DNA of 64,000 nt from Patescibacteria group bacterium (GTDB lineage: Bacteria; Patescibacteriota; Microgenomatia; UBA12405): contig JAHIPV010000009.1 in the NCBI GenBank assembly GCA_018902845.1, forward strand, positions 8,950 to 72,949. Direction: 5' to 3'. Position numbers and translations under genes: made by a program. Positions 47,745-55,921 of this stretch are shown here, one piece after another. Under the pieces are notes generated by a model, which made no database searches, was not told the DNA's origin, and saw only the letters and a list, made by a program, of their open reading frames with translations. The first letter of the stretch is position 1, and each line of letters starts with the position of its first letter.

Positions 47745-48674
47745 TTAACTCAATGTAACTCTAGCTACAACGGATTGGTCAAAAAGGGTTTTGCCGACTT
47801 CTTCTACTTTTAAGCCTCTTTGTCCGAGTTCTTCTTTAAGTTCTGCAACCGTCCACAAAGGTGAATATCGTTGAAATTTTTCGCCAAAATTAATCATTGC
47901 GGGAACAGCAAATAACGCTCGCAAAGTTTGTCTTGTTTTACCGGGTTTGGCTATATCTCTAGGAAAAATTTGGGTCATAAATGCAATACCGAGTGCTTTT
48001 GAATCAAACTTGCCGGCTTCAAGCATGTGGAGCCAAAATTCCTCCGCAGTACTGCCGTTTTTGATTGCACCTTTAATAATTCTTGTCATAGTCTCTGGAT
48101 CAGTGTAGGTTAATGCCCAACTGCTATAATCGAGTGCTGGCGCCCCTGGGTGTTGCTCTGAAATTCTTCTGCGCTTTTCTACTGGAAATGGATCATAGAA
48201 ATTATAATCGACAATTTCATGTGGCATTCCAAGTCTATCAAGTCTTGTTCTCGCCAAGCCATTGGCTCCTCTGCTATCATCGTAGCTCAAATATTTAACT
48301 GGCTGAGATTTTCTAAAATATCTGGCGTCAAAACCACCTCCATCTCCCCAAGAAGAAACAATGCTTCCTTTTCTTGGTTTAATGTGTCCAACCATTTGAG
48401 CTCCTACCCCAAGAACCTGCATCATATCTGCAAATTTCGGTTTACCTTGACCCTCTTCACCCATTCTAAATCCAACGATATCTTGGTTCCAAAATTGACG
48501 AGTTTCTGCTCTAATTCTGGCTTCGACAAGTTCCCTATCTCCCCCAACCAGATGGTGAATTTTAGACAGCTCTCCTACACCAAGACCGTCAATTCCTTTT
48601 GTATTATAAAGCCTAAGCAATCCTTGTACGTCTGTTGGTCTGGGTGGTAGTGTTGTTTTTTCTTTTCCGAACAT
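47745..48674 (-). CDS. Orphan protein, possible SAM-methyltransferase fold
   Basis: WGDGGG glycine motif then acidic YDDS; start moved to ATG 48674. Confidence 0.5.
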   Translation of the reverse strand: MFGKEKTTLPPRPTDVQGLLRLYNTKGIDGLGVGELSKIHHLVGGDRELVEARIRAETRQFWNQDIVGFRMGEEGQGKPKFADMMQVLGVGAQMVGHIKPRKGSIVSSWGDGGGFDARYFRKSQPVKYLSYDDSRGANGLARTRLDRLGMPHEIVDYNFYDPFPVEKRRRISEQHPGAPALDYSSWALTYTDPETMTRIIKGAIKNGSTAEEFWLHMLEAGKFDSKALGIAFMTQIFPRDIAKPGKTRQTLRALFAVPAMINFGEKFQRYSPLWTVAELKEELGQRGLKVEEVGKTLFDQSVVARVTLS

Positions 48675-48736
48675 CAGCTTATAGCTAAGATTATAGCACA
48701 GCCCCAAAAAAGCGAGGCGATTGAAATAAGAAACCG

Positions 48737-48762
48737 AAAAGAGAGGATTACTCCTCTCTTTT
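48737..48762. terminator. Intrinsic terminator downstream of the major pilin gene
   Basis: AAAAGAGAGGA-TTAC-TCCTCTCTTTT hairpin. Confidence 0.75.
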
Positions 48763-48806
48763 TAAAGTCTAGACAGCCACGGAGGACTATCCCTACATTG
48801 TCTTCT

Positions 48807-49259
48807 TTATCTGGTAGCACTAATAGTGGTTGTGGCCAATTCTGTTCCTGGTGCGCTGACTGTAATACGATTTGCAGTAGCATCGGCTATACAAATATCA
48901 TACAAAGTATCAGCGGCAGTACCATTAACCGGATCCATTGGAATATCGGCAACGTAAGTTGGGGCTACAACAGCACCTAAATCAGCGCCTCCCACGGCTG
49001 TACCAATATTATCGGCTCCAACGGAACAAAGTGTAGCAATTCCGGCTGGAAGAGCACCGTTGTTGACCGGATCAGCCATATAAGCACTGACTGCAGTGAT
49101 AATAGTGTTAACGTCGGCTCTTCTTTGTGTGTCTCTGGCTTGAGCCATTTGTCTAGCTGGATTGACAGCTACTAAAACAACGGCGGCTAAAATTCCCAAG
49201 ATACCAATAACAACCAAAAGTTCAACTAATGTAAAAGCTTTTTGTTTTTTTATAATCAT
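48807..49259 (-). CDS. Probable major type IV pilin
   Basis: A|FTLVELLVVI motif; GGAGGTGA SD; own promoter and terminator. Confidence 0.9.
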   Translation of the reverse strand: MIIKKQKAFTLVELLVVIGILGILAAVVLVAVNPARQMAQARDTQRRADVNTIITAVSAYMADPVNNGALPAGIATLCSVGADNIGTAVGGADLGAVVAPTYVADIPMDPVNGTAADTLYDICIADATANRITVSAPGTELATTTISATR

Positions 49260-49370
49260 AATCTAAGAATTTTCACCTCCCTTTATATATTTTTAAGCAA
49301 ACGGAAATGTTAAAAAAGTTTGCGGGTCTGTATTTAGAGTAAAGCCAAGAAGGGTAGGTTGTCAAGGGTT

Positions 49371-49820
49371 TTATAGGTTTAGTGACTGTTCTTTTTCTAT
49401 TCTTTGATGAATTTTGATTAGTTTTTCTGGAATTTTTTGGTTGGATTTGGAAAGATAATCGTAAACGGCTTGGGCAAAGGCGTCAATGGCCAGCAGAGAA
49501 CAATGAATTTTAATCGGAGGAAGACCACCGAGTGATTTTACGATAGTGGATTTGTTGATTTTTAGGGCCTGATTGACGGTTTTGTTTTTGGCAAGTTCGG
49601 TTATGATACTGCTGTTGGCAATGGCGGCAGCGCAACCAAGAGTCTGGAATTTTATGTCTTTAATGATGGGTTGATTTTTTTTGTTTTTGGCTATTTTTAT
49701 ATAAAGGTACATGACGTCGCCACAAACTATATTACCAACCTTACCTATCCCGTCTGGATTTTTTATTTGACCACGATTGCGTGGGTTTTGAAAATGGTCT
49801 AAAACTTTTTTTGAATACAT
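49371..49820 (-). CDS. iscU: Fe-S scaffold IscU/NifU
   Basis: NPRN, CGD, GCAAAIA and LPPIKIHCS motifs. Confidence 0.95.
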   Translation of the reverse strand: MYSKKVLDHFQNPRNRGQIKNPDGIGKVGNIVCGDVMYLYIKIAKNKKNQPIIKDIKFQTLGCAAAIANSSIITELAKNKTVNQALKINKSTIVKSLGGLPPIKIHCSLLAIDAFAQAVYDYLSKSNQKIPEKLIKIHQRIEKEQSLNL

Positions 49821-49838
49821 ATATTTAAAATTTAAAAA

Positions 49839-50106
49839 ACGCTTCGCTAGATCCTTCGATCGTAAAACTCACTCAGGATGACGAAATTTTGTCATTGCGA
49901 GGATCCGCTAGCTGGCGGAGACGTGGCAATCCCCGCCTGCAACGCTGTAGCAACTGCGGGCAGGCCGTTGGGATTTTGATCACGTTTTTTTACATTTCCG
50001 ACGGGATCACCACGTCACTTCGTTCCTCGTGATGACAGCGGCTTGTCATTGCTACGTCTACGGGCGACCGCAAGGGTCGCCCCTACAAAGGGTCGGCAAT
50101 GACAGC
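49839..50106. repeat. Large cluster of nested palindromic elements of several families
   Basis: Includes GTCAT pairs, cctgcaacgctgtagcaactgcgggcagg and gggcgaccgcaagggtcgcccctac. Confidence 0.92.
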
Positions 50107-51249
50107 TTAAAAAGGGGAAAGCCGGCGGAGGTCTTTGATTATTTTTGGTAAAACTTTGATTAAATAATTAATTTCTTTTTTGGTAGTCCAACGACCAAAA
50201 CTGATTCTTATTGATCCGTGAGTTTGAGAAGGTTTCAGTCCACAAGCAAGAAGGACGTGAGAAGGTTTTAAATTATTTGAAGAACAGGCAGAACCGGTTG
50301 AAACAGCGATTCCCAGCTGATCAAGTTTTAACAAAATTGATTCGCCTTCAACGTTATCGAAACGAAAACTGGCAATGTTTGGGAGAGAGAATTTGAGATG
50401 GCCATTAAGATGAGAATTGGGAATTTTTTTGAGAATATTTTTTATAAGATGATGGCGGAGTTTGAACAATCTTTGGGATTCTGAAACAAGTTCAGAATGA
50501 CGAATGGTTGCTGTTTTGGCAAAGGCCGAAACAAGAGGAAGATTTACAGTTGAAGACCTTAAGGTATTTTCGTGACCGCCACCGTGTAAAAGTGGGGTAA
50601 TATTGGTTCCTTTTTTGATATAAAGCAGGGCAATTCCTTTGGGGCCATAAACTTTGTGAGATGAAGCTGTCAAAAGATCAATATTCATTTTTTTTACATT
50701 TATGGGAATTTTGCCAAAAGTCTGAGAGGCGTCGGTGTGAAAATATATATTAAGTTTGCAACAAATTTTTCCAATTTCTTCTATAGGCTCTATGGTTCCA
50801 ATTTCGTTATTGGCGTGCATGATAGAAACTAAAATTGTCTTTTTGGTGATAGATTTTTTAACATCACTAGGATTAACCCGACCAAATTTATCAACGGGAA
50901 TTTTGGTAATTTTGAATCCTTGAGTTTTTAGCCAATCGGCTGAGTTTAAAATACAGTCATGTTCGATAGAAGAAATGATGATGTGATTGCCTTTGTTTTT
51001 GTTGGCAAAAGCAATGCCCTTTAGAACAGTATTATTTGACTCGGTGGCCGAAGAAGTAAAAATTATCTCCGATGGGTCTGCTTTAATAAATTTGGCTATA
51101 TTTTTGCGATTTTTTTCTAAGATTTTTTTGGCTTTTTGACCAGATTGGTGCAAAGAAGAAGTGTTGGCAAAGTTGGAAAAATATGAAGAAAGGTGTTTTA
51201 TGATAATTGGATCAATTGGGGTGGTGGAAGCGTAATCTAAGTAAATCAT
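50107..51249 (-). CDS. iscS: Cysteine desulfurase
   Basis: YLDYASTTP, SSHKVYGPKG and STGSACSS motifs. Confidence 0.95.
   Translation of the reverse strand: MIYLDYASTTPIDPIIIKHLSSYFSNFANTSSLHQSGQKAKKILEKNRKNIAKFIKADPSEIIFTSSATESNNTVLKGIAFANKNKGNHIIISSIEHDCILNSADWLKTQGFKITKIPVDKFGRVNPSDVKKSITKKTILVSIMHANNEIGTIEPIEEIGKICCKLNIYFHTDASQTFGKIPINVKKMNIDLLTASSHKVYGPKGIALLYIKKGTNITPLLHGGGHENTLRSSTVNLPLVSAFAKTATIRHSELVSESQRLFKLRHHLIKNILKKIPNSHLNGHLKFSLPNIASFRFDNVEGESILLKLDQLGIAVSTGSACSSNNLKPSHVLLACGLKPSQTHGSIRISFGRWTTKKEINYLIKVLPKIIKDLRRLSPF
50475..50502. repeat. Solo element, in frame in IscS (RHSELVSES)
   Basis: gggattctgaaacaagttcagaatgacg. Confidence 0.85.
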
Positions 51250-51623
51250 GCGTCAGCTAGAGTCAATGAATTAAGAGAAGAAAACCAAGTTTTGTAAATT
51301 TTGAACCAAATTTTTTTGGCTTTACAGACTGATTGTTTAGGGCAGATATTTTCCATACAAGCAACCGGAAGAATTTTTTTTTCTAGGGCTTTGATTATTT
51401 GTCCAATTTTTATTTGATTGGCCGGTTTAGACAAAAAATAGCCACCCGTAGTTCCCCTTTTTACTTTTAACAAACCAGCTTTTTTGAGTGTGAGGAAAAT
51501 TTTGGCCAAATAATTTTCCGGAATTTTTTCTTCTTTTGAAATTTTTTTTATAGAAGAAAGTTTATTGTCTTTTAGATAAATCATGGCTATAAGGCCATAA
51601 CGGGTTTTGGTTGATATTTTCAT
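51246..51623 (-). CDS. Rrf2-family regulator (IscR-like)
   Basis: STKTRYGL, RGTTGGY and three Cys. Confidence 0.92.
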   Translation of the reverse strand: MKISTKTRYGLIAMIYLKDNKLSSIKKISKEEKIPENYLAKIFLTLKKAGLLKVKRGTTGGYFLSKPANQIKIGQIIKALEKKILPVACMENICPKQSVCKAKKIWFKIYKTWFSSLNSLTLADA

Positions 51624-51696
51624 ATATTTGAATTACGACTATTTTTGTCAGGATTAGTTTAGCAAAGACGACTGTTTTGGTCAAGTATTGACTGAT

Positions 51697-53178
51697 TTAT
51701 TCTGAAAAAAGTTGGACGGTGTAGATAAAGATTTCTGTTTTAGGATCAAGATAACAGTCTGAGCGCAGACCCATTTTTTGAGAGCAAAGCTGGGAGAGAA
51801 ATTCTTTTTTTGTCCAGCCGGTTTCTGTGGCCACTTGGGGCAAAAAAGTACCGGTACAATTGACATACTTTAGATAAACTCCGTGTTTGCCCATTTTAAT
51901 CTGCTTAATAGAATTAATTTTTTTTAGAGGTGAGAGAATAGAAATTTCTATTTTTATATCTTTTAGCTCTTGTTTTGTTAACGGAGGAAAACGAGGATCA
52001 TGAAAAGCCGAAGCTATGGTCGTTTTGGCTATTGTAGGCAGGAGTGTTCGATTAGCGACAAAACTGCCTATACAGCCTCTTAGTTGGCCATGTTTTTTTA
52101 GAGTAATAAAGATTCCTCTTTTTTTGGAACGTAATAAATTCTTCGAATTTAAACGTTCCTTTGGGGTTTTCCCTGTTTTTGTATAAGTTTCCAGGACTTG
52201 GCGGGAGTAATTTAAAAGAAATTTTTGTTCTTGAGAGGAGAGTTCGTGGGATTTATGTTCCGATGGGATTGCCGCGTCGTTGCGGGCGACCGCAAGGGTC
52301 GCCCCTACAGAAGACTGACTACTGCTCTTGTAAAAAGCGATAGAGGCGTAGCCGACTACCCTGTTTCCGTCCCCTGTTATTTTTCCGGAATTAGTGAGAT
52401 GCAGTAATTTACTTTTATTTATTTTTAAATTCTTGGCTACCAGTAAAGCAACCTCTATAGGTTGGCTGGCACAGGCGAAAGTATCAACATTTGGATAAGT
52501 TTGTTTTAGTTGAGAGAGTGTGTTTACGAATCGTTTGTGTTTAAGAGTCAGAATTGCATCAGTGGTTTTTTTGTCTACAATTTGGGCGGTTTTTTGTTTA
52601 GGATAATGAGAAAGATCGGAGGAAATAATTAAGAGGGTATTGTTGTTCAAATTGTCTGAAATTTTTTGAGCTAGTAATTTAAGATCTTTTTGGCTGGCTT
52701 GGCCGATTAGGATGGGAATGATTTGGAAATTTTTTAATACTTCTTGCAAAAAAGGTAGTTGAACTTCCAAAGAATGTTCTTGTTGATGGGCTTGTTTATC
52801 AACAAAAATGTTTTTGTCTGTAAGCTTGGCAATAAAATTTTTGCTGATTTTGATTTTGCCTAGTGGCGTTTGCCAAAAATCACTGTCATCTATGGCAATT
52901 CCTCTGAAAAAAGCTGAATGACTAACACCTAGAAGAACAATGTGCTTAAAATTATAGTTTTCGATTTGACGAAAGGCATGAGCCGCCACTTGGCCGGAAT
53001 AATCATAGCCGGCGTGAGGGACTATAAGAATTTTGGGGGGCTTCCCCCTCCGGGTGACTGCGCCAAGGCTTGTGTTTTTGATATTAACTTTATTTAAAAA
53101 TTTTTGAATAGTGGAAGAAAGTTTTTTGGCCGAATTGGGATAAAACTGGCCGGCAACAACAGGCTGACGAATTAGCAT
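51697..53178 (-). CDS. AmmeMemoRadiSam protein B (MEMO1-like) fused to protein A (AMMECR1)
   Basis: AGQFYP, PHAGY, EHSLEVQLPFLQ, SSDLSHY and LRGCIG motifs. Confidence 0.93.
   Translation of the reverse strand: MLIRQPVVAGQFYPNSAKKLSSTIQKFLNKVNIKNTSLGAVTRRGKPPKILIVPHAGYDYSGQVAAHAFRQIENYNFKHIVLLGVSHSAFFRGIAIDDSDFWQTPLGKIKISKNFIAKLTDKNIFVDKQAHQQEHSLEVQLPFLQEVLKNFQIIPILIGQASQKDLKLLAQKISDNLNNNTLLIISSDLSHYPKQKTAQIVDKKTTDAILTLKHKRFVNTLSQLKQTYPNVDTFACASQPIEVALLVAKNLKINKSKLLHLTNSGKITGDGNRVVGYASIAFYKSSSQSSVGATLAVARNDAAIPSEHKSHELSSQEQKFLLNYSRQVLETYTKTGKTPKERLNSKNLLRSKKRGIFITLKKHGQLRGCIGSFVANRTLLPTIAKTTIASAFHDPRFPPLTKQELKDIKIEISILSPLKKINSIKQIKMGKHGVYLKYVNCTGTFLPQVATETGWTKKEFLSQLCSQKMGLRSDCYLDPKTEIFIYTVQLFSE
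52264..52310. repeat. GTAG-type REP-like hairpin, in frame in the domain linker (VGATLAVAR)
   Basis: Hairpin identical to the copy at about 50061-50086. Confidence 0.88.
53043..53063. repeat. Short hairpin repeat, in frame (GAVTRRG)
   Basis: ccccctccgggtgactgcgc. Confidence 0.8.
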
Positions 53179-53215
53179 ATGATAATAGTATAGTTGAATT
53201 CTGCAAAGCAGAATA

Positions 53216-53260
53216 TCTCGAACAAGTCGAGAGATCCCTCCGCTTCGGTCGGGATGACAA
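53216..53260. repeat. Solo element in a divergent intergenic region
   Basis: tcgaacaagtcgagagatccctccgcttcggtcgggatgac. Confidence 0.88.
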
Positions 53261-53280
53261 TAATATCTGTATTAAAAAAA

Positions 53281-54330
53281 ATGAAAAAAGCAAAGACATT
53301 GTACAAAAAATTAGATAAGAATACGGTGCAGTGCAGGGCTTGCAATTGGTATTGCAAGATTAAAGAAGGAAATGTGGGGATATGTGGAGTAAGGCAAAAC
53401 AATAGTGGAGAGTTGTGTTTGTTGGTGGATGGAAAAATAATTAGCTTAGCGGTAGATCCGATTGAAAAAAAGCCTTTGTTTCATTTTTTGCCGGCAAGTA
53501 AAACTTTATCTTTTGGAACTTTGGGGTGTAATTTTGGTTGCGCTTTTTGCCAGAATTGGCAACAATCGCAAGGAATAAAGGGGAAATTATGGTTGCTTTT
53601 AAATTATTCAGAGGTCAGGAGATCCCTCGACTTCGCTCGGGATGACAAGACTCCTAAAGAGATTGTAGAAAAAGCCGAGAAATTGGGGTGTGAGTCAATT
53701 GCTTATACCTACAACGAGCCAACGATTTTTGTTGAATATGCTTATGAAACGATGAAGCTGGCAAAAAAGGCGGGTATAAAAAATGTATGGGTGTCTAATG
53801 GATTCATGTCAGATGAGAGTTTTGAGCTAATAAAAGATTTGATTGACGGCATTAATATTGATTTAAAAAGTATAAATAGTGACTTTTATAGAAAAATTTG
53901 TAAAGGAAAATTAGAACCGGTTTTGAAAAATATTAAGAAATTTTATAAGGCTGGAATTTGGATAGAGTTGACTACTATGATAATTGCCGGCGAAAACGAC
54001 TCCCCTGCTGAGTTAAAAAAAATTGCTGAGTTTATTGCTAATCTTTCTTGCGACATTCCTTGGCACGTAACCGCTTTTCATCCTGATTATAAAATGATGG
54101 ACAAAGAAGCTACTAGCTTGGAAAAATTGGAAGAGGCATGGCAAATTGGTAAAAAATCTGGCTTAAAGTATATTTATACCGGCAATGTTTGGGGTGGAAA
54201 AAATTCAACATATTGTGTGGAATGTGGAAATTTGCTAATAGATAGGGGGGATTATGGATCAGGAAAAGTTTTGGGGTTGGCAGATGGAAAATGTGAAGAG
54301 TGTGGCCAGAAAATTAGTGGAGCGTGGTAG
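53281..54330 (+). CDS. amrS: AmmeMemoRadiSam radical SAM enzyme
   Basis: DPIEKKPLFHF, CNFGCAFCQNW and AYTYNEP motifs; start moved to ATG 53281. Confidence 0.93.
   Translation: MKKAKTLYKKLDKNTVQCRACNWYCKIKEGNVGICGVRQNNSGELCLLVDGKIISLAVDPIEKKPLFHFLPASKTLSFGTLGCNFGCAFCQNWQQSQGIKGKLWLLLNYSEVRRSLDFARDDKTPKEIVEKAEKLGCESIAYTYNEPTIFVEYAYETMKLAKKAGIKNVWVSNGFMSDESFELIKDLIDGINIDLKSINSDFYRKICKGKLEPVLKNIKKFYKAGIWIELTTMIIAGENDSPAELKKIAEFIANLSCDIPWHVTAFHPDYKMMDKEATSLEKLEEAWQIGKKSGLKYIYTGNVWGGKNSTYCVECGNLLIDRGDYGSGKVLGLADGKCEECGQKISGAW
53608..53649. repeat. Solo element, in frame (SEVRRSLDFARDD)
   Basis: tcagaggtcaggagatccctcgacttcgctcgggatgac. Confidence 0.9.
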
Positions 54331-54742
54331 AAAGTAATTTTTCTAATTTGTTTATACAAGATTGGGTGTTGATAAAAAGAATGGTGGTTATGCCAAGTTC
54401 TTGGGCTGAGTCAATGTTTCGAGTTATGTCATCAACAAAAATACATTGATCTGGACTAAGATTGAGCTTGTTTAGGGCTAGTTGAAAAATTTTGTGATTT
54501 GGTTTAAAAAGACCGGTTTCTTGGGAGATAAAAATTTGATCAAAAAGATCATCTAGGGAAAAATTTGAAAGTCGTTTGAATTTTTGCCTAATGGTGGATG
54601 AAGTGTTTGATATGACAACGGTTTTTACACTGGCCTTCTTTAGTTTTTTTATTGTTTGTATTAATTCTAAATTAGGACGGGAATTTGGCAAAATCAAAAC
54701 ATTGCTAATATCAAAAATAACGGCCTTGTAGTCTGTTTTCAT
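54314..54742 (-). CDS. HAD-family hydrolase
   Basis: IFDISNVL, SNT, KP and FVDD motifs. Confidence 0.85.
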   Translation of the reverse strand: MKTDYKAVIFDISNVLILPNSRPNLELIQTIKKLKKASVKTVVISNTSSTIRQKFKRLSNFSLDDLFDQIFISQETGLFKPNHKIFQLALNKLNLSPDQCIFVDDITRNIDSAQELGITTILFINTQSCINKLEKLLSTTLH

Positions 54743-54749
54743 TAAAAAA

Positions 54750-55082
54750 TTAAAAATACTTTGACAAAACGATCCAGAAAAGAATTATAAAAATATAGGC
54801 TATTAGCCAGATGGTAGTGCTGATAACCAGTTTTATGGCTTTGACAGTCTGCTTTTTTTTCCAAAAAAGAATGAATGGATAGCCTAAGGTTAACAGGGCT
54901 GAAATTAAAGCGGAGACGACAAAAAGAATAAGAAATAGAAGCGGGCCAAGAAAATTTGGTGCTTTGCCAAAAAGGTTGTTTCCGTATAAAAAAAGAAGAC
55001 CGATTAAAGAACAGTAGGCAAATAGTCCAGTAGCTTGTAAAAAAGCAATGAGATTTAAAGACAGTTTCTTTTTGTTTCTGAT
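54750..55082 (-). CDS. 110-aa three-TM protein lacking an ATG/GTG/TTG start (not in the ORF track)
   Basis: Open frame IRNKKKLSLNLIAFLQATGL...YF*, bounded upstream by TAA. Confidence 0.6.
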   Translation of the reverse strand: MRNKKKLSLNLIAFLQATGLFAYCSLIGLLFLYGNNLFGKAPNFLGPLLFLILFVVSALISALLTLGYPFILFWKKKQTVKAIKLVISTTIWLIAYIFIILFWIVLSKYF

Positions 55083-55137
55083 AAGTTATGATAACAAATA
55101 TTGAGCTGAAAGGCTGTTTTATAGGAAAAAGGAATAA

Positions 55138-55183
55138 CGCTTCGCTAGATCCTTCGTCCGATCAATCGGACTCAGGATGACAA
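55138..55183. repeat. Solo palindromic element, intergenic
   Basis: cgcttcgctagatccttcgtccgatcaatcggactcaggatgac. Confidence 0.88.
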
Positions 55184-55235
55184 ATAGGGGTTGTTCGTAA
55201 CGGAGGGCGTCGATGGGATTACTCTGATTTTAAGC

Positions 55236-55526
55236 TTAAAATTGTACTGAAGCCTTACCCTGTACAAACTGGCGAATTAAAGCATTTAACAATGTTTGAT
55301 ATGGAACATTGTTTCTTTTCGCTTTTGCCTTTACTTTGATTAAGTCTCCTTGATTAACACGGATTGTTATTCTTTTTGATTTTTGCAATTCTTCGTAATT
55401 TTTGACTGCTTCTTTAAAAAGATTTTTAGCATGACTTAGATTAGAAGTACTGACAAATTCTTCTCTTTGTAAGGCTTTTTCGATTCTTTTTTCTTGTTTG
55501 TCTAATTTTGGATTAATTTTTTTCAT
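55236..55526 (-). CDS. BrnA/CopG-like antitoxin
   Basis: ITIRV...KAKA...VPYQTL. Confidence 0.85.
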   Translation of the reverse strand: MKKINPKLDKQEKRIEKALQREEFVSTSNLSHAKNLFKEAVKNYEELQKSKRITIRVNQGDLIKVKAKAKRNNVPYQTLLNALIRQFVQGKASVQF

Positions 55527-55531
55527 GATTT

Positions 55532-55816
55532 TTATTTCCTTTTTAAATATTTATTTGTTAATACTCTACTCGGATAAACTGTCTTTAAGAAAATTGTTTT
55601 TTTTCTTTTATCGATTACATAAGGTACAGCATAAATATAATTTTTAATCTTAATTATTAATATTCTTTGTTTTGGATACTTTTTTTTATTTTTGTGTTTT
55701 AAGTTATCGAGAATTTTATTATTCTTAATGGCGTTAATTACTTGATCAAAACCAACGCCTCGAGTTTGTTGAAGTAATAAATTTTTTTCTTCACTAAACT
55801 CTATACTTAAATTCAC
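55532..55816 (-). CDS. BrnT-like toxin
   Basis: EEKN...RGVGF...FLKTVYPSR. Confidence 0.82.
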   Translation of the reverse strand: MNLSIEFSEEKNLLLQQTRGVGFDQVINAIKNNKILDNLKHKNKKKYPKQRILIIKIKNYIYAVPYVIDKRKKTIFLKTVYPSRVLTNKYLKRK

Positions 55817-55921
55817 TGTTTATATTTTAGCATTGTGTACATCCGTTGTCAATACGTTAAATAAATTAAAAAGAGAAGTTGAAAAAACTAAAGTTTTTTT
55901 TTAGTTGAGTTAAAATAGGTT

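Noticed and set aside
49839-50106. tRNA or riboswitch
   Set aside because: No cloverleaf or T-loop motifs; fully explained by dispersed repeats
53194-53280. N-terminal extension of the radical SAM enzyme
   Set aside because: Runs through a repeat in the divergent promoter region; ATG 53281 fits the family start better
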